A stretch of DNA of 64,000 nt from IMG/VR virus record IMGVR_UViG_3300009499_000053; one strand, 5' to 3'. Every line of letters begins with the position of its first letter. Within the stretch, counting starts at the first letter, position 1. This document shows, piece by piece, positions 1-9,329 of the stretch. Under the pieces are notes generated by a model. That model was given only the letters and a program-made list of their open reading frames with translations. It was not told the DNA's origin and did not search any database. This DNA comes from a virus. The translations under genes were made by a program, and so were the position numbers.

Positions 1-542
1 CAAGAATGATGATAGGACACCATGATGAAGGAGACCATGCTTGGGTAGAGATAGATGGATTAACTACTATAACTATAGATCCTACAGATGCAGTAGCATG
101 GAGACAAAATAATCCTACTTCTTTCTGGGATTATTGTCCTAATATTTCTAGAACTACAAATAAACTCTGGGGAGATAGGGTATGGACACGAGTCCATAGG
201 ATAAGTAAAAGAGGAACAACAGAAGTAACGGAGGAATATAATAATGAAGTTTAAGGGTAGTGACATAGTCAAGACTCCAGATGGTAAATCCTGGTTCTAT
301 GATGAGAAGCACCATCAATGGATAGAGGTAACAGAGTCTAAGAAGATGAGAAAGAGTACCTTTGTCTCAATCTAAGAAAGAGGAATAATTAATGGAAAAT
401 ACACCTTTCCTAGCTAGTCAGAAACACAGAGAAGGTGAGATACAGGAATCTCATGATGAGATAAGGGACTACTATGACTTTAAGTTCTGTCCCTGGTGTG
501 GAGTAGATCTCATAGAAGAACTTCAATCGCGAGGTAAAGAAG

Positions 543-689
543 ATGAACAAAAAGAAATGCCCGAGTTGTAAGGGTAGAGGCGGATGGTTCATACCTTCAC
601 ATAGACCATTCTTTCTTACATGGTTTACCTGTGGAATGTGTGGAGGAAGTGGTAGAATAGATGACAATGAATCCAAGTCAGAGAACTGA
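543..689 (+). CDS. small DnaJ-type zinc-finger protein (not in ORF track)
   Basis: Manual translation MNKKKCPSCKGRGG...CGMCGGSG...ESKSEN*; two CxxCxGxG repeats. Confidence 0.6.
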   Translation: MNKKKCPSCKGRGGWFIPSHRPFFLTWFTCGMCGGSGRIDDNESKSEN

Positions 690-876
690 AGAATATATCA
701 TACTCTTTGATACGAGGTTGAAAGGAATAAACATTCTTATAGATCAGAAATGTTATGAACGAGTAAGTAAAAAGAAGGATATACTTCCTATGATTATAGA
801 GATTATCAAGAACAAGAATGCTAATAACTTACAGGTCTTTGTCCTAGGAAAAGAACTTAATGTCGAGTGGGAATAA
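661..876 (+). CDS. small protein with N-terminal NPSxR motif
   Basis: Begins MTMNPSQR. Confidence 0.55.
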   Translation: MTMNPSQRTEEYIILFDTRLKGINILIDQKCYERVSKKKDILPMIIEIIKNKNANNLQVFVLGKELNVEWE

Positions 877-1277
877 TGGATCCAAAACTAGTGTGGGAGA
901 GGGTCTTTAAATCAGATGAGGAGATATACTCAGAGATGATTATAAAGAAACTTCAGAAAGAAGCAGATCAAAAGGCAAAACGTCATAAACTACGAACTAA
1001 TGCCCTTCATTTCATTAGAATCCATGAGTATGAGATAGTTTCCAGAAAGAAAAGAATGGAAGTTCATAAGTGTAAGCTCTGCTCTAAGTTACAGACAAGG
1101 AAAGAAAATGGTGCAGGAAGCTGGAGCGGAGAAATAACTGGTTTTATGTTTCTTGTGGCTGTTCTTTTAACCATATTCTCTCTAGGAATGTTAAGTAGTG
1201 GTAGTTCCCTTGGACTTATCCCAGGTACCTTAGGAATAATATCAGCATATATAACACTGAAACGAGCTATGGAATAA
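867..1277 (+). CDS. hypothetical membrane protein
   Basis: CxxC followed by two C-terminal hydrophobic segments. Confidence 0.55.
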   Translation: MGIMDPKLVWERVFKSDEEIYSEMIIKKLQKEADQKAKRHKLRTNALHFIRIHEYEIVSRKKRMEVHKCKLCSKLQTRKENGAGSWSGEITGFMFLVAVLLTIFSLGMLSSGSSLGLIPGTLGIISAYITLKRAME

Positions 1278-1292
1278 TTTGGTAGTGAGAAA

Positions 1293-1826
1293 ATGACAGA
1301 CCTATTAAGACACTCAGAGGGGATATGGAGAAGTATCTATGTCTTCGCTCTGATAAAAGAGCATTATCGTATTATTGAATGGTTCAAGAAGGAGATGAAG
1401 AAGCTTAAGATAGAAGGATATTCATGGTGTCACTATGGAGAAGTAAGAGGTCCAGTACCTGTTCTTTGTGAGAAGGAACATATTACCTTTAGAGTAGACT
1501 TCCCAGGAACTACATCCTATAATTCCTTTAGAGCAGATCTAGAGAAAACAGAATGGAAATGGGAAGATCATGGTTATGACGAGCCTCTCTGGGTTAAAAG
1601 GGCTTATGAACTAGGAACTAAGCTCTATGAGATGGTAATGGAAACAACTAAAGGACCAGATGTAAATATGAACAATAACTTTATGAGAATACTTCTACAT
1701 GGTTTCTTTAATGATGCACACATGAACTCTAAAGAGGAGACAGAGTTCTACTTATTCCTGTTTCAGTCTTACTTAACAGCTAGGTATGGACTAAGGCCAG
1801 GAGGAGTTAACGATAGTATCCCATAA
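1293..1826 (+). CDS. hypothetical protein, weak resemblance to lantibiotic dehydratase C-terminal (elimination) domain
   Basis: W-C-H-Y...H-I-T-F-R and LLHGFFN...EE..FY echo the WFFxRY...HLRLR and HMxxNR...E..xY patterns; by eye only. Confidence 0.3.
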   Translation: MTDLLRHSEGIWRSIYVFALIKEHYRIIEWFKKEMKKLKIEGYSWCHYGEVRGPVPVLCEKEHITFRVDFPGTTSYNSFRADLEKTEWKWEDHGYDEPLWVKRAYELGTKLYEMVMETTKGPDVNMNNNFMRILLHGFFNDAHMNSKEETEFYLFLFQSYLTARYGLRPGGVNDSIP

Positions 1827-2026
1827 GAAAGAGGTGGAAAGGATTGGTTAGGAAAGTGGAAGGAAGTATAGAACTAAGCAACAAGCTCATGGAAGTAATT
1901 GTTGCTGATCTGAAGAAACTCTATGGTTCCTACTGGAACTTTGAGATAGGGTTTATGGAAGGTTCAGATCCTAAGAAGAACTTCAGTTTGAAGGTTAAAG
2001 TATACAAAAGGTAAGGAGGAATTGGA

Positions 2027-3613
2027 ATGGAAGTAAGAGAGAAGATTAAAGCACAAGTCAAAGAAATCAGAAGGTCTTTGTTCGGTATAGATGAGATCAT
2101 TAAGATATACTGTCTGAGTAAAGCTGCAGATCTGACAGTGCTCATGCTAGGGGAACATGCTATTGCTAAGTCCTCTTTGGCTAGAGATTGGAGCACTACT
2201 ACAAGTCTTGACTTTCGTATAGTCACTAGCTCAGAAGTAGATGAGGCAATGATAGCCTACATAGACCCTGCTATCTTTAGAGAGAAGAATATAGTTCAAA
2301 TGAAAAGAGGAGAATTGATGCTGAGAGATCACATACTCGTAGATGAATTCTTTATGTGGTCTAATAAGTACAGGGCCAAGTTACACCAATTGCTTGAAGA
2401 GAAGACATATGCTGGTCTAGATATAAAAACTAAGACATATACCTTTGCTAGTAACCCAATTACGGAACACTATGCAGGACAACAGGATGAACGGAACCTG
2501 GCTACAGAGGATCGTATTGACTTACTGTTACCAATGTACCAACCTACTGTAACTCCCACCCAGAAGATGATGATGAAGTTCAATAAAAGAGGGAGACATG
2601 AGATAGAACTAGAACCCGTAGTTACATGGGATAATTACCTTGAAGCAAGAGATGACATTATGAAGGTAGAGATACCTCCTGACTTAGTGGTATGGCTTAC
2701 CCTCTTTGCAGAGTCTTTGAGTGCATGTAAGTACTCAGCTTCTAAGTTTGATGTATCTAGGGCTAGGATGCATACACTATGTGCAGAATGTAATCAACGT
2801 AAGCATCTCTGTGCTAAAGTAGCATTATCTAAACCAAGATTCCTAAGGGCAACTATCCTTCTAAGTAAGGCACTTGCATGGTATGATGAAAGGGAGACAA
2901 TCTCAGAAGAGGATGTCTTTGCTTCTGTGAAGTATACACTACCACACAGAATGATATTCCTACAAGAGGAAAGAACCATCTTCGAGGCAGAAAGAGCTCT
3001 TCCAGAGATCCTACAAGAGTTCATAGATGACTTTAACAACTGGGAAAGCAGAAAGATCTTTAGTCACCTTGAAGCATTGATTCTAAAAGCAATAAATGAT
3101 AAGAGTCCATACTTTGACCTAGAATCAGCTAATAATCTCCAGAGTGAGGTAGCAGAACACTTAGCCATAAATAACTATGTAAAAGAGGCCGTAATGAGGG
3201 TTCAACAGGAAGTGAAGAAACGTTACAGAGTAATCCTGAATGCTGGAAAGATCACAAATGTTGATGATATAAAGGAACTACTCAATAAATCTGGCTTAAA
3301 CCTCTATGATAAAGGAGAGATCCTAGAAGAGTACATGTCGAAGAATGAACTCTTAACCTTCTATCATGAGCTAGACAGAAGAGATACGAAGGCTCTAGAA
3401 CGAGTAGCTATTGCAGTAAGAGCACTACATCAGACAGAAACTCCTAATGTAAAGATAAAGTCCAAGATCAGATTAGTGAAAGCCTTTAAGAGAGAAATAA
3501 CCTATGCCTCAGACCTGATACTAATCAAGGAAGAAAGAGGAAGGATTAGGATAACAGCTTCTACACCTGATCTAAAGAAGAAGTTCGAGAAGTTACTGGA
3601 GGAAACTAAATGA
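2027..3613 (+). CDS. MoxR/RavA-like AAA+ ATPase
   Basis: Walker A variant GEHAIAKS, Walker B ILVDE, FASNP sensor, DR arginine finger, LPHR lid; VWA gene nearby. Confidence 0.8.
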   Translation: MEVREKIKAQVKEIRRSLFGIDEIIKIYCLSKAADLTVLMLGEHAIAKSSLARDWSTTTSLDFRIVTSSEVDEAMIAYIDPAIFREKNIVQMKRGELMLRDHILVDEFFMWSNKYRAKLHQLLEEKTYAGLDIKTKTYTFASNPITEHYAGQQDERNLATEDRIDLLLPMYQPTVTPTQKMMMKFNKRGRHEIELEPVVTWDNYLEARDDIMKVEIPPDLVVWLTLFAESLSACKYSASKFDVSRARMHTLCAECNQRKHLCAKVALSKPRFLRATILLSKALAWYDERETISEEDVFASVKYTLPHRMIFLQEERTIFEAERALPEILQEFIDDFNNWESRKIFSHLEALILKAINDKSPYFDLESANNLQSEVAEHLAINNYVKEAVMRVQQEVKKRYRVILNAGKITNVDDIKELLNKSGLNLYDKGEILEEYMSKNELLTFYHELDRRDTKALERVAIAVRALHQTETPNVKIKSKIRLVKAFKREITYASDLILIKEERGRIRITASTPDLKKKFEKLLEETK

Positions 3614-4401
3614 GTTATCTACCTAAAGAGGGAAAGAGAGCAGATTCCTTCCCTGACTATAGTAAGTACTTCTACGACTTCCTAAAGATACCTGAGACAG
3701 AGATCTTTAAGCAGTCTAAACAGGAAAGGGTAAAGCAAATTCTAATCATTATAGCAGGAACTATGGGAATAGGTAAGACTACACTCATAGAGAACATCAT
3801 CAATAACCTCCGGAAACACTATGGAATAGAGAAGACGAATACAGTTTATTCCCAAGTTTCCGCTAAGGTTCTAATGGAGTATGGATTCAAAGGAAATCCC
3901 ATGAGAGGATGGGATGCTGAGAAACCTATTCAGATATTAGTCTTTGATGATGCTACCTCTGCAAGACTAACTAAGAATGATCAAAGACAGTTCTGTAAGA
4001 TGAGACATCAGATGATGGATGATACAAAACTGACTGAGGGAGTAATATTCTCAATCCTGGTTACTCATGATTGGTATCGACTAGATCCTAACTTCCGTAG
4101 AAATGCCATTGTAACAGCCTTTCTCTCAGTATCTCCTCTAGATCAATACTCAAGAAGAGAGTATGGTAGAATCTTAGGAGAAGAAGGAGTACACTTTCTT
4201 TCAGAGAGATTATCTAAGTCTCTACGGTTTGATAAGGATAAGGGAACTGGTCTGGTAGTTCTACCTTTTGTACCTCCAGGAGAAAGGTCTAAGAAAGTAG
4301 GCTGTATTAAATGGAAGAACATACAGGATGTGAACTACATAGTTATTAAAGAACTTCCCTCGGGAAGATTAGTATGGAAGGAAAAGGTGAAACAGAAATG
4401 A
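3610..4401 (+). CDS. P-loop ATPase, A32/FtsK-HerA-like signature
   Basis: GTMGIGKTT, LVFDD, and MRH...SILVTH...LDPNFRRNA. Confidence 0.6.
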   Translation: MSYLPKEGKRADSFPDYSKYFYDFLKIPETEIFKQSKQERVKQILIIIAGTMGIGKTTLIENIINNLRKHYGIEKTNTVYSQVSAKVLMEYGFKGNPMRGWDAEKPIQILVFDDATSARLTKNDQRQFCKMRHQMMDDTKLTEGVIFSILVTHDWYRLDPNFRRNAIVTAFLSVSPLDQYSRREYGRILGEEGVHFLSERLSKSLRFDKDKGTGLVVLPFVPPGERSKKVGCIKWKNIQDVNYIVIKELPSGRLVWKEKVKQK

Positions 4402-4946
4402 ATGAAAAAGTAAACATGATAGAGGATGAGGAAGAAGAAATCTTAGAAAAGACAGGCCCAGATAAGAAACATAACGAGAGAGTCTTCAACTACAAGATTG
4501 CCTCTGAAGAAACTAGAGAGATAGAGGTAAGAGGAATTGCTTTCCTAGTTAAGTTCTACAAGACTACTACAGGAACTGCAGGGATCAGGGTTCAACTAGA
4601 AGACAATGGTCCAATATTCCAGAAGTTCTTAGAGTACTGTAAAGAGAACAAAGGTCAACGGATAGAGAAGGAAACACAAGCTAACCTAATGGCCTTCACT
4701 ACATTTGGTAAACTAGATCAGGGACTAGAGTTCTTTCCAGTAATGGGATTCTATATCTTCCCATTTGGAGATAAGACTACAGAACCACATCTAGTATTCA
4801 ATGAAGAGAAGGATGCTCCTGAACCTATGGAACGCTTAGAGGCATTCATGGACTACTACAAGAAGAAACTTGGTATAAAGGTAAGACCCAAGAAGAGCTC
4901 ATTCGATAGTCTTAGAAAGCTTGTCCTAACAGAAATAGGTGACTAG
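4374..4946 (+). CDS. hypothetical protein
   Basis: 190 aa ORF coupled to both neighbours. Confidence 0.6.
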   Translation: MEGKGETEMNEKVNMIEDEEEEILEKTGPDKKHNERVFNYKIASEETREIEVRGIAFLVKFYKTTTGTAGIRVQLEDNGPIFQKFLEYCKENKGQRIEKETQANLMAFTTFGKLDQGLEFFPVMGFYIFPFGDKTTEPHLVFNEEKDAPEPMERLEAFMDYYKKKLGIKVRPKKSSFDSLRKLVLTEIGD

Positions 4947-4947
4947 T

Positions 4948-5139
4948 ATGCCAACTCATGGAAGTATAAGTAAAGCAGGAAAGGTTCGTAATCAGACTCC
5001 CAAGATTGAGAAGACCCCTAGAAAGAAGAAGAGCCCTAAAGTAAACAACAGGAAGAAACACTACAAACGGTTCATACTAAACCAAGAAGTAGGACAGAGT
5101 GAAATAGGAAGAAGAAAACGTGGAAGACGCAGGGTATAA
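4948..5139 (+). CDS. rps30e: ribosomal protein eS30 (S30e)
   Basis: MPTHGSISKAGKVRNQTPKIEK...NRKKHYKRF matches the eS30 signature HGSLxxAGKVRxQTPK; ATG at 4948 preferred over GTG 4939. Confidence 0.92.
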   Translation: MPTHGSISKAGKVRNQTPKIEKTPRKKKSPKVNNRKKHYKRFILNQEVGQSEIGRRKRGRRRV

Positions 5140-5377
5140 TTCAGGTCTTTGCCCTAACCTTAAAGAATGTGGAGAATGGAGAGGAGAATGGTATTGGGGA
5201 TTCTGTCATCAAGACTTTGCCTGGTCACGATGCCCTCTGTTTATAAAGACAATCAACCCAAGTTCTAGATATCTAGGTATGGAAACCTTCCTTAAGTATA
5301 CTCAGTTAGAAGTAATGAGAAAGGCGTTGAAAGAGAATGTCAAAACCTATACAGGGAAACGTAGAAGTAATCACTAA
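5120..5377 (+). CDS. small Cys-rich protein with internal NPSSR motif
   Basis: CPNLKEC...C...CP, then INPSSR. Confidence 0.55.
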   Translation: MEDAGYNSGLCPNLKECGEWRGEWYWGFCHQDFAWSRCPLFIKTINPSSRYLGMETFLKYTQLEVMRKALKENVKTYTGKRRSNH

Positions 5378-6209
5378 GAAGAACTGGAAGAGGATTAAGC
5401 AGGAAGTAGAGGACTCTGTTCTCCGAGCCTGGAGAAATAGTAAACTTATTGTCCCTAGAATGGCCCTAGACTTCCGAGTACACTTCCAAGAAGTATATGC
5501 ATCATCAACTGGTAGAATCTGGGCTTTTACCCCTTTCTGGAGAGGAAGAGTCTTTACCGATGTTATCATGATGCATGAGTTTCTCCATTGGGCTATATAT
5601 CCTATAGATCTATGGAAGGGACTCTCTGACATGTTCAAGGCACGAAGAATGTTAGCAGAGGATCTTAAGTGGAAACCTACAAACAAGGAAACTGACCTCT
5701 ATGGAGAGGTAGAGGACTGGTCAGGTTTTGAATATGACATTACAGAATTCAGCTTTGTCCAGAATATCTTAGGAGACTATCTAATCAATCTTCATATACA
5801 TGATAACCATCCTATTCTCTTTGCTGATCTATGGAAGTTCCTTTACCATGATGGAACCTTCTATGAGCAACAGAAACAACTAAAGAGAGACTCTACCTTT
5901 ATTCTCTACCTATCAGCATACCCTGATCTTCTAAGTGACATAAAGGAAGAAGTTACCCTGATAGATCCAAAGTCAGAGAAGGACAAGGATAAGATCATAG
6001 ACATTATAGTAGAAGTACGACATGGTAGAATGAGTAAGGTCTACGCCATTAAGGAACTGACTAAGATCTTTCATCCGTACATAGTACAGGATCAGAAGGA
6101 TTCTAAGGGTAACAAGGGAGCAGAACCAAAGTGTCCTAAGTGTGGTCACGATGAGTTTGAGGTAGTAGGGTACGAGGATCCAAAGACAGGGAAGTGGGTA
6201 GATGTCTAA
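5337..6209 (+). CDS. HExxH metallopeptidase-like protein (MoxR/VWA-associated), C-terminal CxxC
   Basis: MHEFLHW, downstream NILGDYLIN, C-terminal CPKC. Confidence 0.65.
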   Translation: MSKPIQGNVEVITKKNWKRIKQEVEDSVLRAWRNSKLIVPRMALDFRVHFQEVYASSTGRIWAFTPFWRGRVFTDVIMMHEFLHWAIYPIDLWKGLSDMFKARRMLAEDLKWKPTNKETDLYGEVEDWSGFEYDITEFSFVQNILGDYLINLHIHDNHPILFADLWKFLYHDGTFYEQQKQLKRDSTFILYLSAYPDLLSDIKEEVTLIDPKSEKDKDKIIDIIVEVRHGRMSKVYAIKELTKIFHPYIVQDQKDSKGNKGAEPKCPKCGHDEFEVVGYEDPKTGKWVDV

Positions 6210-6372
6210 AGGATACTTTAACCCTTCAATGAGACATGATCTACATTTCCATGATAATTGGGGAGATCATGAGTGTCCAGCTAATAAATGTGAGTACATT
6301 GTCTTTGATGACTTTGGATACAGAATCGTCTATTGTAAGAACTGTGGTCAAGCAGATAGAAGGAAGCTATAG
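6202..6372 (+). CDS. small Zn-binding protein, N-terminal FNPSMR (not in ORF track)
   Basis: Manual translation MSKGYFNPSMRHDLHFH...CPANKC...YCKNCGQADRRKL*. Confidence 0.6.
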   Translation: MSKGYFNPSMRHDLHFHDNWGDHECPANKCEYIVFDDFGYRIVYCKNCGQADRRKL

Positions 6373-6383
6373 AGGATGAACAG

Positions 6384-6545
6384 ATGCCTAAGAGAATAGC
6401 ATGCCCTAATTGCAAAGGACATCTTAAGAGAGGGAGCCTAGCTCTAGATGAGAGAGCCTGGGAATGTGAGAATTGTCATACGATCTTTACAGATAAATAC
6501 CCAGTAGAAGAAAAGAAGGGAAAGTTTAACCCCAGTAAAAGATAA
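6384..6545 (+). CDS. Zn-ribbon protein ending FNPSKR (not in ORF track)
   Basis: Manual translation MPKRIACPNC...WECENC...KGKFNPSKR*. Confidence 0.65.
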   Translation: MPKRIACPNCKGHLKRGSLALDERAWECENCHTIFTDKYPVEEKKGKFNPSKR

Positions 6546-6564
6546 GTGTAATAGAACAGTATGA

Positions 6565-6765
6565 GTGACTCTCAGAATGAGTAAATTAGCACCTATAATA
6601 TGTCCAAGATGTCTTAGTAAGGAACTAAGGATAGCAAAGGCTACGTTTGTCACTAAACCTTATCTGATTCACTACTGTCTATGTGGATGGGTAGAAACTA
6701 GAAAATACCGTAAAGGATTAGTACCTATGATCCTTAAAGATTCATTTAACCCGAGTATGAGATAG
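6565..6765 (+). CDS. Zn-ribbon protein ending FNPSMR
   Basis: CPRC...CLCG; terminal motif. Confidence 0.65.
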   Translation: MTLRMSKLAPIICPRCLSKELRIAKATFVTKPYLIHYCLCGWVETRKYRKGLVPMILKDSFNPSMR

Positions 6766-6766
6766 A

Positions 6767-6967
6767 ATGTATAAACCTCCTCAGATATTTCAACCTAAAC
6801 CTGCCCCTGTTTATCAATTCTTGGAGCTAAAGTGTCCTCATTGTGGGTATGAGATCTACCGACCCTACCGTGAATTAACAGACTTACCATCAGAAATACT
6901 ATGTATAAAGTGTGGAAAGCACTACTCTGTATCCAGTCAATGGAATCCTTCGAGGAGATACTTATGA
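6767..6967 (+). CDS. Zn-ribbon protein ending WNPSRRYL
   Basis: CPHC...CIKC; motif. Confidence 0.65.
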   Translation: MYKPPQIFQPKPAPVYQFLELKCPHCGYEIYRPYRELTDLPSEILCIKCGKHYSVSSQWNPSRRYL

Positions 6968-7152
6968 GTAAACATGTTCATTGTCCAAAATGTAATGCCC
7001 AAGGTTACTTAAAGGCACATAAAAAAGAATGGAGTATATTCATTTGCCGAAGATGCAGATGTCTCTTCTCAGTGTCACAGAGCGATTTAGAACAGATACA
7101 TGAGACATCTGACACAGAAGTGGTACTCCCCTTTAATCCTAGTTCGAGGTAG
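6964..7152 (+). CDS. Zn-ribbon protein ending FNPSSR
   Basis: CPKC...CRRC; ATG 6964 overlaps the previous stop. Confidence 0.65.
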   Translation: MSKHVHCPKCNAQGYLKAHKKEWSIFICRRCRCLFSVSQSDLEQIHETSDTEVVLPFNPSSR

Positions 7153-7157
7153 TAATA

Positions 7158-7409
7158 ATGAGAAGACCCCGGTTTGAGGAAGTCTGTATCCATCCTTTCT
7201 ATCTTAAGAAGAAGAAACTATGTATCCACCCAGATGACAGAATCTTCTTCTTTGAACATCCGGCCTTCTTCGATAAATCTTTCTTTAGTTCTGATAAAGT
7301 ATTCAAACCCTTTCAGTTAGGAATGATTTATGGATATGAGGTCTTTGTTCAGGATGATATGCAGATTATGCTCCTAAGTATGAATGGAGGAAAGAGTGTT
7401 GAAGATTAA
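7158..7409 (+). CDS. hypothetical protein
   Basis: Coupled ORF with a duplicated CIHP. Confidence 0.45.
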   Translation: MRRPRFEEVCIHPFYLKKKKLCIHPDDRIFFFEHPAFFDKSFFSSDKVFKPFQLGMIYGYEVFVQDDMQIMLLSMNGGKSVED

Positions 7410-8397
7410 GATAAAATGTACTAAATGTAATTGGGAAGCAGTAGTAGAGGTATCACGCTCCCCCTTAGGTTCTCTAAAACCAGGTAAAGCTATCAAGGGT
7501 ACAGGGAAAGGACTGAAAGTTAAGTGGACAAAGGAACAACTGGATAAGGTTATGGATGCTGCTGGAGGACTAGGTGCCTCTAGAGATGAGCTAGGTCAGG
7601 TAGGTATCCGTGTCCCCATTCCTCAGTGGGTAGACGCCCTGGAACGTAGAAGACTTAGACAGTTTGTAAGGAAGCATCTAAAGGTCTCTAAAGATTTAAG
7701 AAACGCTCAGGGAGAAAGAAGTCAAGTATCTACTGCTCCTTGGCAAATGGGAGATTCTTTCAAAGATGTAGATCTAGCCTCTAGTGAAATTGCAGCCTAT
7801 GGAGTTCCCGATCTTCGTCTTATTCCTGGAGTAACCCTACAGAAGAGGGTCTTTGAGACTACTAAGGGAGGAGACCGAGAGATACTTAGGGGAATAAAGT
7901 TCTTTAACATCATAGATGTCTCAGGAAGTATGTTCGGCGGATCAAGTCAAAGTCAAGGAAATATCGATAAGGTTCACAAAGCACTTATGATGGCCGAAGA
8001 GACATCAAAGATCTGTAAGAAGTTAGGTTATGACTACAACTTGTCTATCTTCTCTGGTATAGCTACTAGGATTCCCAAGAGAAAGATCAAAAGATTCTTT
8101 AAATCTGAGACTGAAAGAGCAACCTATCCTGGATGGAATGGAGGAACTACACTATCATCTGCTCTCGGACTATACGATCTAAAGGAACTCAAGGATGGAA
8201 ACTTGGTCATAATGTCTGACATGGATATATCTGACTCTGAGGAATCTAAGAAGAAGTTGAAAGAGATAGGAAATGTAACCTCATCCTTCAAGGTAGTAAT
8301 TATAGAGTATCGTTCTCAACTAAGGAAAGAAAGATTAATAAGAACAAGGGAACTATTTCCAGATAAGAAAGTACAAATACTCCGAATAGCAATCTAA
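7384..8397 (+). CDS. von Willebrand factor A (VWA) domain protein
   Basis: MIDAS DVSGS, GGT, SD motifs; N-terminal CTKC. Confidence 0.8.
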   Translation: MEERVLKIKIKCTKCNWEAVVEVSRSPLGSLKPGKAIKGTGKGLKVKWTKEQLDKVMDAAGGLGASRDELGQVGIRVPIPQWVDALERRRLRQFVRKHLKVSKDLRNAQGERSQVSTAPWQMGDSFKDVDLASSEIAAYGVPDLRLIPGVTLQKRVFETTKGGDREILRGIKFFNIIDVSGSMFGGSSQSQGNIDKVHKALMMAEETSKICKKLGYDYNLSIFSGIATRIPKRKIKRFFKSETERATYPGWNGGTTLSSALGLYDLKELKDGNLVIMSDMDISDSEESKKKLKEIGNVTSSFKVVIIEYRSQLRKERLIRTRELFPDKKVQILRIAI

Positions 8398-8586
8398 ACA
8401 GGAGGATCTATTATTGCCGAATAAAAAAGAAACAAAAGATTTCGAGATGAAGTCAGAATACTGGGAAGTAACAATAGACAAGGCAGACCATTCTGAGATT
8501 AAGTACATCATCGTCTTCAAGGATAAGGTGATCCCAGTGGGAGAACTAAGAAAGCTTGAAGAGGCTATAAGGAAGGTTCTCGAAGC

Positions 8587-8808
8587 ATGTGGCCGTATAG
8601 AGACTTTGCATCCTTCAAAACGCCAATAAATCTTGACAAATGCAAGGTCTGTGGTACCTATGTCTGTCTTGTACCAGTGACCTATGGCAATGCATTGTTT
8701 GGATACGTCTGTGGCCTCTGTGCAGGGATCCTATTCACGAAAGGGAACCTTAGAATAGGTTTCAACCCAAGCTCTAGAAACCCCTGGAGGATAGTGAAAG
8801 TAAAATGA
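8587..8808 (+). CDS. Zn-finger protein with FNPSSR
   Basis: CKVC...CGLC; motif near C-terminus; start uncertain. Confidence 0.55.
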   Translation: MWPYRDFASFKTPINLDKCKVCGTYVCLVPVTYGNALFGYVCGLCAGILFTKGNLRIGFNPSSRNPWRIVKVK

Positions 8809-9032
8809 CAAAAGTAATACTTGAAGAAGATTCCTGGATTAGATGGATAGACAAAAAAGGCAATGGTACAATAAGAGTAGGTCAAGTTAAGAGACGAATA
8901 AAGGATAAGCCCTTTGATAGTCAGAATATAACAGTGGCTACTCCTAACTATGGAGAAACACAGTTAGATGTTAGTACAATCATAGAGGTCTTCCCTAAAA
9001 TAACAATAAGATTTAATCCTTCGGAGCGATAG
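8805..9032 (+). CDS. small protein ending FNPSER
   Basis: Terminal motif. Confidence 0.6.
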   Translation: MTKVILEEDSWIRWIDKKGNGTIRVGQVKRRIKDKPFDSQNITVATPNYGETQLDVSTIIEVFPKITIRFNPSER

Positions 9033-9034
9033 AG

Positions 9035-9325
9035 ATGAAACTACAAGGAATGTTCAAATGCCCTCAATGCGGAGGAGAGTTTGATGCATGCAGACCCAGT
9101 GGTCCTGGTAGAATCTGGGCTCATTGTGTAAGTTGTTCTCTAGTAGTTATTATAGAAGACTACAAACTCTGGCTAAGACGAGCACAGAGAAGAAAACAAC
9201 AAAAAACGGGAGTTCATGGTAGTAAATCGTATTCAGGAACGTTAGTCTACCCAGGTTTTGATACAGGGAAAACAAAGGAAATAGAGAAAAAGGAAAAGGA
9301 TGAATACAATCCAACGGAGAGATAA
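9035..9325 (+). CDS. Zn-ribbon protein ending YNPTER
   Basis: CPQC...CVSC; terminal motif. Confidence 0.65.
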   Translation: MKLQGMFKCPQCGGEFDACRPSGPGRIWAHCVSCSLVVIIEDYKLWLRRAQRRKQQKTGVHGSKSYSGTLVYPGFDTGKTKEIEKKEKDEYNPTER

Positions 9326-9329
9326 TTAG

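Noticed and set aside
6210-7383. Self-splicing intron or transposon interrupting the peptidase/VWA gene
   Set aside because: No terminal repeats, transposase, maturase or evident structured RNA; both flanking ORFs have their own stop and start.
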